Shown here in pieces: positions 24,568 to 38,986 of a DNA stretch of 64,000 nt (position 1 is the first letter of the stretch; each line of letters opens with the position of its first letter). The notes beneath the pieces are model-generated. The model saw nothing but the letters and a program-made list of their open reading frames with translations, made no database searches and was not told the DNA's origin. The translations under genes were made by a program, and so were the position numbers. This DNA is from Phoronis australis. Taxonomy: Eukaryota; Animalia; Phoronida. The stretch is taken from positions 1,019,028 to 1,083,027 of the forward strand of contig NMRA01000022.1 of the NCBI GenBank assembly GCA_002633005.1, in the 5' to 3' direction.

Positions 24568-26272
24568 AGGATAATGCAACACAAAAAACAACCTATTCTG
24601 TATCAATTTAGATAGAGTTGTTCTACTCGATAACGACACGTTCGATTGCGTTAGCTGACACCTGACGACAGACAGAGGTATTGGAATTATCCAACGACGT
24701 CATTGATTTCACACGCAGTCTGTTCAGCAGTTCACAACGCGGGTTACTGGTGTCAGCTCTTGAATTCATCGTTTAACAACAATAAATCATCAAACTGCGA
24801 TGTAAAACCCTTAAAAATACACTGAGTTCTTATAAAATCCTGTTGTTTTATTTCGCTGTTACGGATTTATTGGTATTTGGATACGCCATAGCCTACAAAG
24901 TTCGGCAGGCCAATTTACCAAGGTCCATAGCATGAGTTTGGGGTCTGTTCGGAGATAAATTCGAAATATTCTTCAGTGAAATACAGACAGGTTTGAACTG
25001 TGTTATTTAGACTTATGATTTTTTGAGTTCGAAACACACAAAACGCTTGTTGTCCCGACCAATGGCTCGGAACCCGATCAGGCCCGTCGCGGCCGGACTG
25101 ACTCGTTATCCCGGCCAGTGGCGCGGAACCCGATCAGGCCCGTCGCGGCCGCCAGGACTGGCACGAACATAAACCAGCTTGAGTTGGAAACTAAACCTCC
25201 AGTCACGACAAGACTACAATAGTAAGTCAAAGAAATTATGTGAATTAGCCGAGAAACTGAAAATCTACTTATTACTTGTCCGGGGCCGCGAAGTCGGGTT
25301 CCCCTTCCACAGACCGTCAGGGAAAAGGTTGTACAGTAATAATGATTTGAATAATCTATTAGTATTTCTAAATAAAGATTCCCCCAACATGTGACCATTG
25401 CAAATAAAATCGAGTAATTGTTTCACAACAGTTTTCTGTCGGCAAGCACTGAATTAGCATGAGCTCACACGGCCTCGGTGCTCGGTCAATTACATTTATT
25501 GCCGACATCAAAATCCGGTAACTCAACGGAGTGGTTTATTCATTGCTGATTTCTCTACATTTGCTCTCACGAATACTGCAAAGGCATTACAAATTGTATC
25601 TAATGAGACAGACTTTGTTTCAGTTTTATATAAGCATTGGTTAGGATGAGAATAATTCATTTTGAAATAGAACGCAGAATAATAAAAGTCTACATGGCAA
25701 CTCGCCGGGGCCAATCCCGACTGAGTTTGTCAAGAGCTCATCCGACGAAGACTTCACGGGTCGGATCCTTAGGTTTCACAGGCTATCAGCTGGAACCGGA
25801 ATGCACTGATCGAGAAATACTAGAGAGGCGCCGTGAACATGCACAGGCAACGGAAAGTATGGATAGTTCTTTGGTAAGCCGGAATTCGTCAGAGAAAACA
25901 CTGTCCACAAAATGCCGGCCACAGACACGGAGATGATTCACGGCCTCATACTTGCTATTAACATCGTACCTTTCATTCTTCACTACCGCGAGCCACATCC
26001 TAAGCATTCATTTCGGGCTCGGAGGAAGTCGAAGAAACGATATACCCGCTTTCTTCTCAGCTCCGTAGTTCGGACAAGCGGGAACGATGCACCGCGATAT
26101 AGCGACATTCACTCTGCAGACGAACCACTGACGTCGCTGTGTCGTTTCTCACCTTCCTCACTGGTTAACGCGACACCTCTCGGCAAGGTAAGGTCGACCG
26201 TATAAGAGACGATTTGGATATAGACCGATTAAGATGGTAAAAAAGATTAAATAAATCGAGTGGCATTCTCGT
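24568..26272 (-). mobile_element. Non-autonomous Kolobok DNA transposon, copy 2 (inverted relative to copy 1)
   Basis: TTAA|AGGATAATGCAAC ... GTGGCATTCTCGT|TTAA. Collinear reverse complement of 13182-14851. THAP remnant on - (~25786-26110), GYQLEPE frame on + (25694-25846), and a copy-specific ~57-bp internal duplication near 25050-25150. Confidence 0.88.
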
Positions 26273-29200
26273 TTAAAGGAAAAGAAATTTATTTGAAAAG
26301 CAAAACATGTTCAAAAAGAAAATCTTAGAAAACAATTTAAATTTGAAAATACTTTGTATTTAAAATTGAATTTGTTCGTGAAAATGTCAGATATAAAAGA
26401 ATTAAAAATTCTGAAAGTGAAACAGTTTTAAACCAAAATAAAATCATTATCAAATACGAAGTATTTTGCTTTATTTCTCCATTTTTTAAATAATTTTAAA
26501 ATGAGAAAAAGCCCTTGGCTGCTACAGTTGATGAGTTCATGGGGAGAATTTCTTGCTTACACCGGTCACTGCTCAGATTCCCTTTGCCCCAGACAACTGT
26601 TATATGATGCCTATTCAGCTCGCCCTTTGTGTTGATGTAGATATCAGCTAATGAATAGGAAAGGTAATAGATAGAACTGCTGTCTCAACTATGATGTTTG
26701 TTATTTTACCCAAGTTCTAGTGCTGGCAATAGTGTAGTAGCAGCTGAGACTGTTTAAGCATACAAAGACATGCAGGTCGGTAACTCAAAATAATCCTGTT
26801 TTAGCGACATGTATCGATTTGTGATATTCATATTGTCCTATTCCCTTGTTAGAAAAAAACAGTTATTATTTACCAAACCTTCAAAGATTTCTTTTTGTAG
26901 GACCCTCCAGTATACGTGTATCTATTGCGAAACCGTGGAGAATATTCATCACACTCAGATCTGCTATAAAAGCGTATTTATATTCCGCAGGAACCTGCAA
27001 GATACGATTACCTGCTTAATTCACGACTGACTACCACGGAGTCCGCCGGCCTGTAGTCTCCTGCACAGACCCTCGAGGTTGGTTGGGGTCTGTTACAGCG
27101 CACTTTTCCATATGCATTCTTGGAATATCATTGGCTGTTCCGATTTCAAGAAACAAGGCATTCTGTTCGTCAGTTGAATAATAGGTCAAACTAGTTCACC
27201 AACATGGCGACTTCCAGTAAGGGAATGTCGATGGATTTACAGCTGCTTAAATCTCTCTATTCTCGTCAAACTCCCGCATTTCAAAGCTAACGAGTCAAGG
27301 AATACATCACCAGTAACGTATACGAAACATTTAATGATAATTATTATCTTGTATACTATGCTGTATTCTGAAGTGATGTGATTTTTTACGAAATAATTTG
27401 TGGAAGAGATAGCCATTAGCTGATTAGGCCATCCACAAAAACAGTCATTTTAGGGCCAGGCACGGGAATTAAAGGAGTAGCTGAGTGCGTCGTGGCCACG
27501 GGAGATTGCCTCGATCTTTTCAGAGCACACCATCTCGTATGTTAACATGTTCATGTACGTTATGTAAGCTCCCGTGATTACCGTGAAGGTTGAATTGGGT
27601 CAGATAGGGATACATGTATATGCTGAAATACTGCTATTCATGACATTGACATTGTCATTGGCACACTTTTCACTACCCACAGAAGTTAGGAGCATAAAAA
27701 TACAATCAATGGTCCTAAACACGCAAACATTGACCAGTCATGCAGTAGTTTTATAATGACTGACATCGCTTTTGGCGGTGCCATTCAGCAGTGCCTCTGA
27801 CTGCCATCCTACAGTCGTACGGAGCATTCAGTTATTTCGGAGGGTGTTTGGTGCTGTGAAATTAGAATTATACACAGTCTTTGGTATAGTCAGCAAGATA
27901 AAACCTCACCGTTTTTTGAGTTGGCACAGTGATTAAAACTGACCCGTTTTGGTGAGAGCCTCAATGGAAGAGTCAACTTTTCTGATAACATAATTATGCA
28001 AACTTATTATTTACAGGGAATTGAATTTCAGCAAAAAGCTGCTAAAATGACTACTAGTTGCAAAAACATCTCACATTTCAAAATTGGGAGCTCGGGGGTA
28101 CTTCAAAGATTTTATGCTGGGCCACTAAACCCAAATTGACGGTTTCTTGTGCGTTTCTTGGGTTCATCCAGGCAATAGTCACTCACAGGCAATCCAAATT
28201 TTGATAACAAGTTTTAACGCCTGCTATTCAGTGAAAAACAGGTTCCTGTTATACTGTAGAAAACACTGGTTCTCAAGGTGGGGATGCCCTATATGTTACT
28301 ATTACCATTATGTTTTGCTCAGTGTTTTGAGCAACATGCTAGTGTTTCATTCTTGTGGTTATGATCTACATAATACATCAGTGATTTTTGTCAACATTTC
28401 GGTCTTTTAAAACAGTTTCTCAAAATTACAAATTTGACTCTTACTGAGGGGCCTCCTCGTGGCAAGAGTTGGGCAGTGTGAAATGCTTCAGAACATTCGC
28501 ACTGGCAAACACCCTCACGTTGACATCATTAATGTGTTCCTAGAAATAGTATACTCATAAGCTACAAAACACACTACATGCCAAGAAATTTATCTAACCA
28601 TCGGGAACTTTATTTTGCTGATGTATTGATTACAAATATGATTTAGTTTATCGATAGATTGAAGTACTAAGTCTATACATTAACATAGCCTTGGGCGCAC
28701 AACAGGGCTATCCCCTACTCATTGCAAACCCTACCCCTGATAGGAACTCATTTCAGTTTTGTTCTTGCCTAACTTCCCTGTCCTTGTCTCGTGTTCATGC
28801 CGTGCCTCCAAGTTGCCTCACATCACAGTCATTTGTTGTCAACAATTTCAAGTTTAGCAACCTCTTGAATAATTATGTCTACACCAGTGTTGCTACCTGG
28901 GAATAGGTTACTAAAGACCAGACTGTTATTCAAGTTGCACATTCACTGCCTTGTGAAAGCATAAACCGGGCCATTATGAAATTAACACCTGGGCCCTGGG
29001 TTTTAACCCAGAATTATTTTTGTTATTTTCTGTTCTATTTTTGTTTGAATTCGAGATAAGTTTCTTTTATTCTATACTTGAATACTTATTGATGGCAATT
29101 AATGATCCCTGCATTACAGCTAAAAGTTTGAGTCTGAGTTCGAGGTTTTACTAGAAATCTTGAGGTTTTACTCAAATTTTAGCTCGAATCTAGTGGTCAT

Positions 29201-31949
29201 TAAGTAGTATCTTGATCTCGCAAGGAAGTGGATTAGAAGTGACAAAAACAATTTCGAGATCGATTTAGATTAAAAGTTTCACTCTAGAGGTGTATTCCCA
29301 AAGCATAATCCCTTTTCAGGGTCTTAAATCAATCCATATAAGACTGGGCTAGAATCTGTTTAGCCCAAAAAGCAGAATAATAAAACATCTGTACTAAACT
29401 GTGTTGACATTCCTTATCCACAAATTGTACCATTTTTCAAGCTGATATTTACCCAAACTCTTTTTAGAACCGTCATGTACACTGTAACAATATAAGATTG
29501 GTCTGGTACAAATAATGTTGTTTCTGTCCAAATTAGTAGAAAAAATCACAAGCACATGAAGATTGGCATTGGATTTGGATACTAGTGTCTGATGTCAATA
29601 TTCATGTGTGTGCTCGTGATTAGACTCTTGATCTTGTACTCTTCCTTACTGAGATTACATGTGGTATATTGGCTTCGGTTGAACGGGTAGTTTGTTATTG
29701 CTTAAGACCTGGTGCAATAACCATGGCTTTGAACAATAACAAAGTTTGAATTCTTTCAAGTCAACTAAGGAACAAGTTGAGACAGGGATATAAACAGGGC
29801 TTAGAATTTTCTTTTTTGTTTTTATTTCCTTTTATTCTTTTTCCAGCTTCTTTTTTATCATCATTTGTTTGGCTTGATTCGTGCAAAAACATTTATTTCA
29901 GTTTAATTTTACAACACAAAAATATTTCTTTCACACAAGTTTTTTGTGAAACGATACATCACCTTGAAAATTTTCCTCTTATAGTCATTCCAATTCCTGT
30001 ATTTAGTGGTAAGTTGTTCAGATCAAAATTTATTCTTTTTCACATTAGGCGCATTTATAGCAACTTTAAGGGATTTAATTCGAAGGAAATCTGGAAGCCA
30101 GAAGACACCATCTGATAAGCGCATTCTGAAATCGACAATTTTGCTTGTACTTTCCAAGATGTTCAACACACATTGTTAGTTATAGGGATAGGATTATTCC
30201 ACCATTCTTGGCCTTTCAGAGTACCCTCCTAAAACCATTCCAAGGGGGTACTCCCACAGGTTTATACAAGACACGACACTCAACTGGGTGATTTTTCTCA
30301 AACAATTTCTCTTCAAAATGGTGCTTGAAAAAATCCCTACCAAAGCAAACTTTTTCCCATAAATACAACGGGTTTCACTCTGGAAGTTAAAAACACTGCA
30401 AATGGTACCTTTTTCCTACTGCAAAAGGGGTTTTAATACGATACCTGTATTTTTAAAACCTTGGACACCAGACTCATTTTTGACAACAGGGATCTCTGAG
30501 CCGACTTCTTCAAGCTTAATGGGTGAACAAGACAGCTGACAGATTTACTAAGGAAGGATTCATTTGTTAGCATTAGCTCTTATAAAAAGATTGCGCATTT
30601 GAAACATTAGGCTACAAGTTTATTGAAGTCCAAACCTCGGACCACAAACATAATGTTTTTTAGCCACTGTCTAAATGGGTGGAGATTTTTCTAGTGCTCG
30701 ATTATGCACAAAGCTAAAGGTTAGGGCCCATTTGGAACACCTCTCGTGTGTTTTCGTAGCTACAAATTTACCCTCGGATCAACTGGAGCACTTCGTCTAT
30801 TTTCCTGTTTACATGTACAAATTTTTCTTAGAAACACTTCAGGTATTTTCGTAGCCTCAAATATCCTCTCGGAGATGAACGTTATCCAAAATATGGCAAG
30901 TCACGTGATTTTCAATCTTGACAATGAATAGACAAACTGAAGTCCGCACACATGCAGAGAGCATTCACCTATTAGGTGAAATTGGAGGTTATGAAAACAC
31001 CCGAGGTATTCTGGATGCCCTTGGAAGTTAATGTTTTCAGTGCATGCTCGAACTTTATGGCCAATCATTCTCCACTAAGTTTGATAATCACGCAGGTTAA
31101 ATTCACCTCCAATGAGAAATTTGAGGCCCCGAATATACCCAAGGTGATCTGAATGGCTTAGGACCCTCAAGTTGTGCGGGGTCACACCTCAAAAAGGGAA
31201 ATGGGAAGACAAAATTAGTATGTCAACAAGGTGAAGAGTGTAGCTTGAGAATTGTGGCTATACCTGGAGGGTCGAAAATTGTGGCGTTCTAGGGGGTGAA
31301 TACTGTGTAGGCTGCGAAGTGGTGGAAATTGGGTGCCTGCAGTATCTACTGTAACACTGTACAGAGACGGATTGGGGGAAGGGAGGGCGGCAAGGGGGCC
31401 ATGGCCTTGCCTAAAATTCTCCCAGATTTCATTTGGCACGTTTGGGGGTGCAAATGTCTGACGGGCAAAGTACTCTGCCCTTGCCCCTACCCCCTAACTC
31501 AAAATCCTGGATCCTCCCCTGCTGTAAGATCTTACAGCAGGGGAGGATCCAGGATTTCGGGACGTTTTCAATTCATAAAAAGCGTTCAAACAATGAAACT
31601 GAAAAAATGCCAAGTGAAAAGAGTGAAGCCATCGTTAATTTAGGTTTATTTTCCTAGTAAGGAATCGATAATTTCATGATTTTACTACACTTTGTTGGTA
31701 ATATCACAATATATAAACAGCTACCTTACCAGAGAGTTCCCCCCGACCGCAAGCACGACCTAGTCGCAAAATAACTTTTAGTGTCGCAACACCTAGCGAT
31801 CTGATAACGTAATACCGGATGTCAGCATGCGCAGAGCAAACTTTTTGGTTAAAAATTGCCAGCTGAGAGCCAATGAAAACCATCGTTCTGTTGCGCTGTA
31901 CCTGGGCCTTCACAAGCAATCCGTGACGTCAACTTGTGAGACCCGAGAA

Positions 31950-32310
31950 CCAGGTTATCCGCCAGTGTCGACAAGGATGCAGCATTGCACTCGCTGGACA
32001 AGGACGCCTGTAAATCAGTATCGGGGTCGAGTTTCAGGGGTTGTATTCATTTTTTGCATTGGTTGTGATCGTTAACCTGCAATTTTTCATTTTAATAAAC
32101 AAAATTGAAATTTGTCTTTCAATTTTACATTGTAATGATGAAAGACATGGAAATCAATATCAGTAAAGCTAAGCTCTGCAGCATGCCACCAACGAATCGG
32201 GCGATTGCGTAAAAGGAAACGAGTGCACAGTAAACTATCAAGCTTTTTAGTGATACATTGCCTTGTCTGGACATTATCCTCTGTCTGTCCATCACAATGT
32301 GAAGGAATTA
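31950..32310 (+). repeat. Dispersed repeat, homologous to ~59570-59925 (59410-59550 also matches ~26945-27045)
   Basis: Shared blocks such as AAATCAATATC, CCACCAACGAAT, GTAAAAGGAAACG and CTGTCCATCACAATGTG. Confidence 0.7.
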
Positions 32311-34896
32311 TCAATGAGACCGATTGTTCTAAAAACCCCTCGACCCCCGCACCCCACAACCCCCTCGGATGCACGACTTGTGGGAATTTGTATACTTTTA
32401 AACAAGAAAAAACGCCAAAAATTGAAAAAATTAAATTTATTTGTGACTTCATCAGTGGAAGTTCGATCTCCGCTAATTGTTTTGTTCTACACCAGCCGCG
32501 AGCTGCAGTGGTCTCGATAACTGAGTTCGACTGAGTAGTATGAAAAGTTGCATGTGCGGAGGATGCAGTAACAGCAATCAGACAGACAATAGTTCAGTTT
32601 TTGCATTTCCAAGAGACCCAAATATGGCCAAGAAATGGTAACGCTAAGTTCAGTCTATTATGAAGTATCGTGCTTTAATCTGTCGCAGAAATAGAGATTT
32701 GACAAAGGTTTATCCAACGTGTAATTGCATTTGATGGAGAAAGAGTGTATTGTTTTGTACGGTTGTACCATTTCTGGGAACCTAGTTGTCAAGCAAATAG
32801 TTAAGCATGAGACTCAGAATCAAATGGTGACTGAGATTATGGATATGATTGCAATAATTGTCCATCGGTCTAGGCCCAGATGCCGCGCAAATAATTCGAG
32901 ATCATGACAGCAACCGGCACAGAGGCTGAAGTCGTACACAAACTTCGGTTAGATTTACAGTTCGAGACACATCTTTCTCGGTACTAAAGTTTTTAGAAAA
33001 TTAAATCTTAATTCCGGCTCTAAAAGGCTTTAATTACCCGACTCTCGGATTCACTCGCCGAAGACGCCGGTGCGGGAGAGTCGAGTTCGTACGCTAAGTC
33101 TGCAGATACGATGAGGTCTTTTAACTCATTATCTGTTTCATCTATTGGCTGAGTGTCATCTTTACCCCCATCTCCAAGCCTGTCGTCATAATACTGGTCA
33201 AGTTCGCTCTCTAAGTATTAGTAACTTACGAGATCGTTACTATACGCCATTGCACATATACCGTCAACTGATCAACGTCTGATCAACCACTGATGACATC
33301 ACGTGACCGGAAACAAAAGAATCCATTGCAGGAACGCTTTAAAAACATATACGAAATATACCAGCTGCAATCACTGTGGTCAACCATTACGCTCTGATAG
33401 CAGTATGCCCGTCATCAAGCAGAAACCATAAAAGCACGTTGGTTCAACTCTGCCGCGATAGGTTTTCACTTTCGCCTAAGCACTTTGTAAAGTGAAGGAG
33501 CATACCAAGGCGATCAAAGGACGTTCTTTCGGAAACAAGGTACAGTTTGAATTCTTGGTGTAACTGCTTGCCATATATGTGTTTTAAAAACCTCGCGTGA
33601 ACTGGTCTAAATGCCGCATTTTTATATCATATTGCGCAAAAATTACCTAAACTACCATTAAAGTTTAATTTCAGTTTTATTCAATATTGGGGATATGGCG
33701 TTTTTTGTCGAGACACCTCATTTTTTGCTCAAAACACATTTTCTCCAATTTCATTTTCATTACACAGAGCACACTTTAGTGCCAAAATTAAGTCCCGTCC
33801 ACACACAGTCTAAGCTAGAAGCACTTGCCCGAATGGAACTTATGATCCCACTTTTTGTGGAGCGTCCACATGCACGTGTCCGATAACTAGGGTAAGGCGG
33901 AAGTTGTTGCTCTGCGCGTGACAATTAACAACTAATGCGAAAGAAGATCCTGCTGTATGTAACCGCAGCTGATAATTCCTTCGGGACGGGACTGGTTACC
34001 AGACTATTCAGGCCACTTTCTAAGCTCAAATGTACCCACCACAAGTACAATCTCATTGTTTCGGCTACTCATACATGTACGCATACATGTATACATAAAT
34101 GGGCAATGCGTCGCTCCTTAATTGTTTCTTCCTTTTAGTGGTGCAGACAGTTGAAGAGGTTGTTCGTCACTGAGCCCTTATAACACTGGCATAACATTTT
34201 AGTCTGTGAGACGCTTTCTAAGACATAAAGAATTTTCTTACATTTTTATCTGTTACAAAAAAGCTTGCTATTCTGTTTGAAGTTGGCAACGGAATGGTAG
34301 TTCTCTTTTCTTTTCAGTATTCGTGCGAATGGAATAGTATAAAAACTTCTTTAATTTGTGTCTGTTTCTCAATGATCACATGTATTGAAACATTTCATTG
34401 GTTTTAAAGCTCTTACATTGAAGGCTGTTCCATGCGTTTTTCTGGAATCAGTTTGAGAGCATTCCTTATTATACACTAATGTGGACACCATTAGAATACT
34501 ATCTGTAAATAAAAATCTGAAGTATTGGAGGAAAAAATCTTCAATATCTATACTGGTTAAACTTTAACACTCATTTTACACCCAGGGGAGTGGTTTGAGC
34601 ATTATGTTCAGCTATGAGAAAGCACAAACAGATGCGGACTTTTTGCCCATTTTTCCAAGTGGGAGGGGGGCTCGTTTGAGACCCCCCGACCCCCTAGGTG
34701 TGCGGATGAATAGATAAGTTCAACAGACAACAGAGTTATTTGGCAGTTTGACGAACTCTTTCGAATATTCTCATAGGAAATGAATACTCGATAGGATGTG
34801 ACAGTAGTATTCCTATGTATGTGGGATAATCTATAGGTATGTATACATATAGATTATTACATGGCGAAGTCGTTATCCCCCTTATCTAGAGCCCGA

Positions 34897-34962
34897 GTGG
34901 ATTTTAGAGATTTATCGCTCGAGGGGCATTAGCCCCGAGGGTGATAATTCTACAAAATCCAC
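34897..34962. repeat. Imperfect palindrome / fold-back element
   Basis: GTGGATTTTAGAGATTTATCGCTCGAGGGG ... CCCCGAGGGTGATAATTCTACAAAATCCAC. Confidence 0.65.
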
Positions 34963-37900
34963 AGATTCGCATCTCCGACATTTTCTTCCGTGCTAGCCAA
35001 GAGGCCCCGCCACTCTCCTAAATTTTCTGGTGCAGTTTCCGGTTACTGTATTTTGACGAGAAATATTTGCATTTACTTTACTGTCCAGTACAACGAAAAA
35101 AAAATATTAATTTTGACATTGAAACGCTGTTCAAAGTCTTTCAATGGTAGAGGTGTTGGTATCGCGAGCACTTTTAGCAATGCTACTGGTAATCAATTAC
35201 AAAATTCAAACTTCGGTGTCGACTGATTATGTCGTCTGCTTGCCCAATAGCATAGCAGCATAGTTATCGGGCAGTTTGTGATTTATGGTTCACATAGGCC
35301 TACTGAGAAAACTACGAAAGCATGTTTGTGCACAAATTCCAAGGAGTACCTGTGAATGCAAAAGATACTTATATAACGTTTTTGGTTTAGAAAAATATTA
35401 ATTTTGTTGAAATTAAAAATGCGCCTCTGCAACGATTTGACTAGTTTACCTTTTGCATGTTTATAATTCAACATTCTCAAGTGAGCAGTTCTTCTGGGAA
35501 GTGTTGAGTGGCTCTTAAAAGGGCCGTTGGTTGTACTGTGCATGAGCCTTAGGTATAGGGTGAAATGGGTCTTAAAAGAACCGTTGAATAATTCAACATA
35601 AATCACACAGTATACCGTGCTCACTCAAGTACTGGAGGTCCTCTTCATTCAAGTTTTCATCAGGGAAGGTTGGAGGAAAACAGAGGAGATGACAATATCG
35701 ATGACAGTTGTAACATCCTATATAAAATTAAATGTTACCGTTCTCCAACGTTATCACGAACCCTGCCTTCTTCCAGTTCTTGTTCCTGGATTCAGAAATA
35801 ACCCTGAACCGTAGGGTAAAAAAGACGTACAACAAAAACGAATCAAATTTCGAAAATCATCGCCTTCGTTCGATTTCGTGTTGCTGTCGCCGGACTGATG
35901 TTCCTCCCCAACATCATTGTCGAAAATCGACGTTACAACTGATGGAAACTTGTGTCCTTTGTTTCTAACTTTTAACCCATTTTTAAGAAATGGGTGTACT
36001 GATTTTGTCTAATGTTGATAGAGCATAACTTTTGGTTTTTACAATGCATTAATGGTCTTGAATGCATTCCTATTAAGTGGCTTCATTGAGTTGAACAGCA
36101 AATAAATTAAATGTAACACAATAAAGTTTTGAAAATAAATAGACCAGTAACAGGACTCCCTAAGAATCGAGTTGTTTTCGAAAACTTTGCGCCATTGGTG
36201 ATCTGATTGGTTCATGCATTTACGACGGGAAAATGATAGACCGAGTATCGTGCACGTGTGCACTGTAGCAACACTGTATCTTATTCTTATTTGGCCACTC
36301 TGCTGATACAGCAAGTTTCCTTATTTATGCCCATCCTGATTTGACCGCAACTTGAGCTTGTTGGGTTCTGTCATATATATTGGGTTGGCATTGGGACCCA
36401 CATGGTGCTTACTCGAATGGGCTTCGTTTTACCAACTATTTCAAATTGTGTAGCTGAAGTAAATAAACAAAGTGCATGATTATCCTCACTGGAATTTTAG
36501 TATCTTTTGCCAAGTGCTCAAATTTTCTGACACTGGGCATTGTCAGAATCGTAAGGTAGAAGTGTTTCGCTGGATTTCCAGGTCTGTGGCGTTATTTATA
36601 CCGGACCAAAATTAAAAAACGAGAACTTTGTTTAAATCAAGAGCAGCATGATACACGTTTTACCAGACGTGCACAGGCCGCGCATGTGGGCCCATTGCAC
36701 TGATCTCTTGGAACCATTTTTATCATGATGGTTCATTGATATATAGTTAAACCAAGCTGAGGAGCTTGAAACCTGATCACGGGAATTTTTGGCAGTTAGA
36801 TTTTCTGACAAATGCTCGAAAGTTAACAACAAAGTTTGATAGCAATGCATTGCGGTTTTGTAGATACTCTGCCATAGGTTACAGATGCGTCACAGAGCGT
36901 AAATTTGACGAATTCTAGCTTACGATTTCACCTGTTTCGGAGACCGGGTTTCAACCACTTTTGGGCTATAATAAGCGCTACCCTTCCTGAAGCGGTTTTT
37001 TCTAAGCGCCCTGGCCGCTTAATAGGGCGAATACGGTAATATTTCAGAAGGGCATTACTTAGTATCCTTTATGCACGGGACCCTTTTGTTACATTAGGAG
37101 TGAGATTGATTCATTATGTACCCTACAGGTGGCATAGCACTTTACAAAACTGGTTGAAGAATTTTGTTTTCGTCATAAACGGTCGTTTGAAAGGCTTAAG
37201 TTTGGAAATGTTAGGACTTTAGGCGGAAATTTAAAAACCAAAATTCAACAATGATGAATAAAAACAACCTTCACACCCCTCTGGTGTTCCTGTTCCATGT
37301 TTTCAAAGAAGTTGGTTGCATTAGACTGCAGTCGAGAGATTTTGTGCGGCATATATTCGACATGAAATGAGTGTGTAACCTGCCGTTGAATTGCAAGATA
37401 GTTTTTGACTGTTCCAGGTGGTTATTTCTGAAGTATTAATGTAATCTTTATTTATGTTAATGGTTTTACCATCATTCCATTTATTTGTACACAAATATGA
37501 ACTTGTTGAAATTGCTGATCCAAATCCTGGCCAAATGTGCGCATTCTGCTGAGATCAAACGTCTGATCAGGGCCAGCGAAGAATAATTTGGTTAATTCGC
37601 TCACTAGACTATGGCTGACCGTTCCTGGTAAGAACAGGTGTTCATGTGTTTACAATATGACGACATTGACCTACACACATGATTTTGGCATTGTTCGATT
37701 CCTCGCAATGTTATCTTTCCAAAACTATATGAATTTATCCCCTACCGCGTTTCATCTGTATTTTATCGTCGAATTTCGGTTCGCACTATTTCGCAGTTGA
37801 CACCGACATGTTAGCTCAACTCAAGATTACAGCGACACCTGTTGTTAATGAATGAAACGGCATAATCGATTCTAGTGTTTGCCTGCGCGAGATTCCCGCT

Positions 37901-38429
37901 AAAGTTTTCCTGAACAAGTAGCAGCATTTCACCTGTTCCATTTTTTATACTTGTGACCATTTGACCATTTTTCCACGAAATTGGCTGAAGTGATACCATT
38001 TTCACCAATATGGACCTGATAAATAACTAATACTTTTTTCACGATTTCGTGCTAACAGATGCGTACCAGGGTCATTATAGGATCGAATTCGAACCCTTGG
38101 CACCATAACACAGGCGGGGGATAGACGAGTCTCGGTCAATTTGACCTTATGAAAAGCGACAATCTTTAGAAGTCGGTAGATTAGTTAAGTTTTTGACCGC
38201 CAGATGACTCCTTCCATTCAACATGGCGGTATTACTACCGCGTACCGGGAAATAGTGCGAGCAGAAATTTCACGATAAAATATTAAAAGAACGGGGTAGG
38301 AAGAATTTCTGTGTACTTTTGGAAAGATAACTTTGCAAGGAACCAAACGATACCAAAATCATATGTGTAAGTCAATGTCGTCATATTGTAAACAATTACC
38401 AAAATGGATTTGTGAAGACAGGATTAAGT

Positions 38430-38640
38430 AGCAGGCCTACCAGAGCCTCTTAAAAAACGTTTATCTTCAAAATGCCTTAAACAAATGTATAAAGTGTTAT
38501 TGCTGAAACAACTGCCATTCACGTTGACATAAGAAATAAGCTTTTCTTCCCACAGCCGATTATGGAGTCTTCGGATGGTATGGAAACTAATAACTTTGCA
38601 TTTCGCCTGTGTGGCCGAACAACCGGCCACACAGCCATGA
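38430..38640 (-). pseudogene. Degenerate THAP domain of a third, different transposon
   Basis: GCVAGC...SFH...W...YICLRHF is the C2CH THAP pattern. Confidence 0.7.
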
Positions 38641-38862
38641 TTAGCAGACGACGTACTTGCCGGAAATTGCACCAGAAAATTTAGCCAGGTGTCGCCAGTG
38701 AATAATTGACGTAAGGGTTTGTGCGTAAGATCACAGATTTCGTCCATTGAAAGAATACGGAGTTGGCGGTCCATGTACTATAGTCTTTGCACTACTGAGA
38801 CAACTTTATGGGTTATTACACGGTTCTATCTGCCATTCGAGACTAATATTGTGGTATAAATG

Positions 38863-38986
38863 TATGTTATACAACGCACGTGTATTTACCAGTGGCTGTA
38901 TATCGAAGCCCTCGTTCAAATACTTTTGAATATCACGAATCTCGATGTAATAACCACTGGTACAAACGCGTAGGTTGTGTAACATA
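38863..38986. repeat. Imperfect palindrome (~125 bp)
   Basis: TATGTTATACAACGCACG...TACCAGTGG / CCACTGGTA...GTTGTGTAACATA. Confidence 0.65.
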
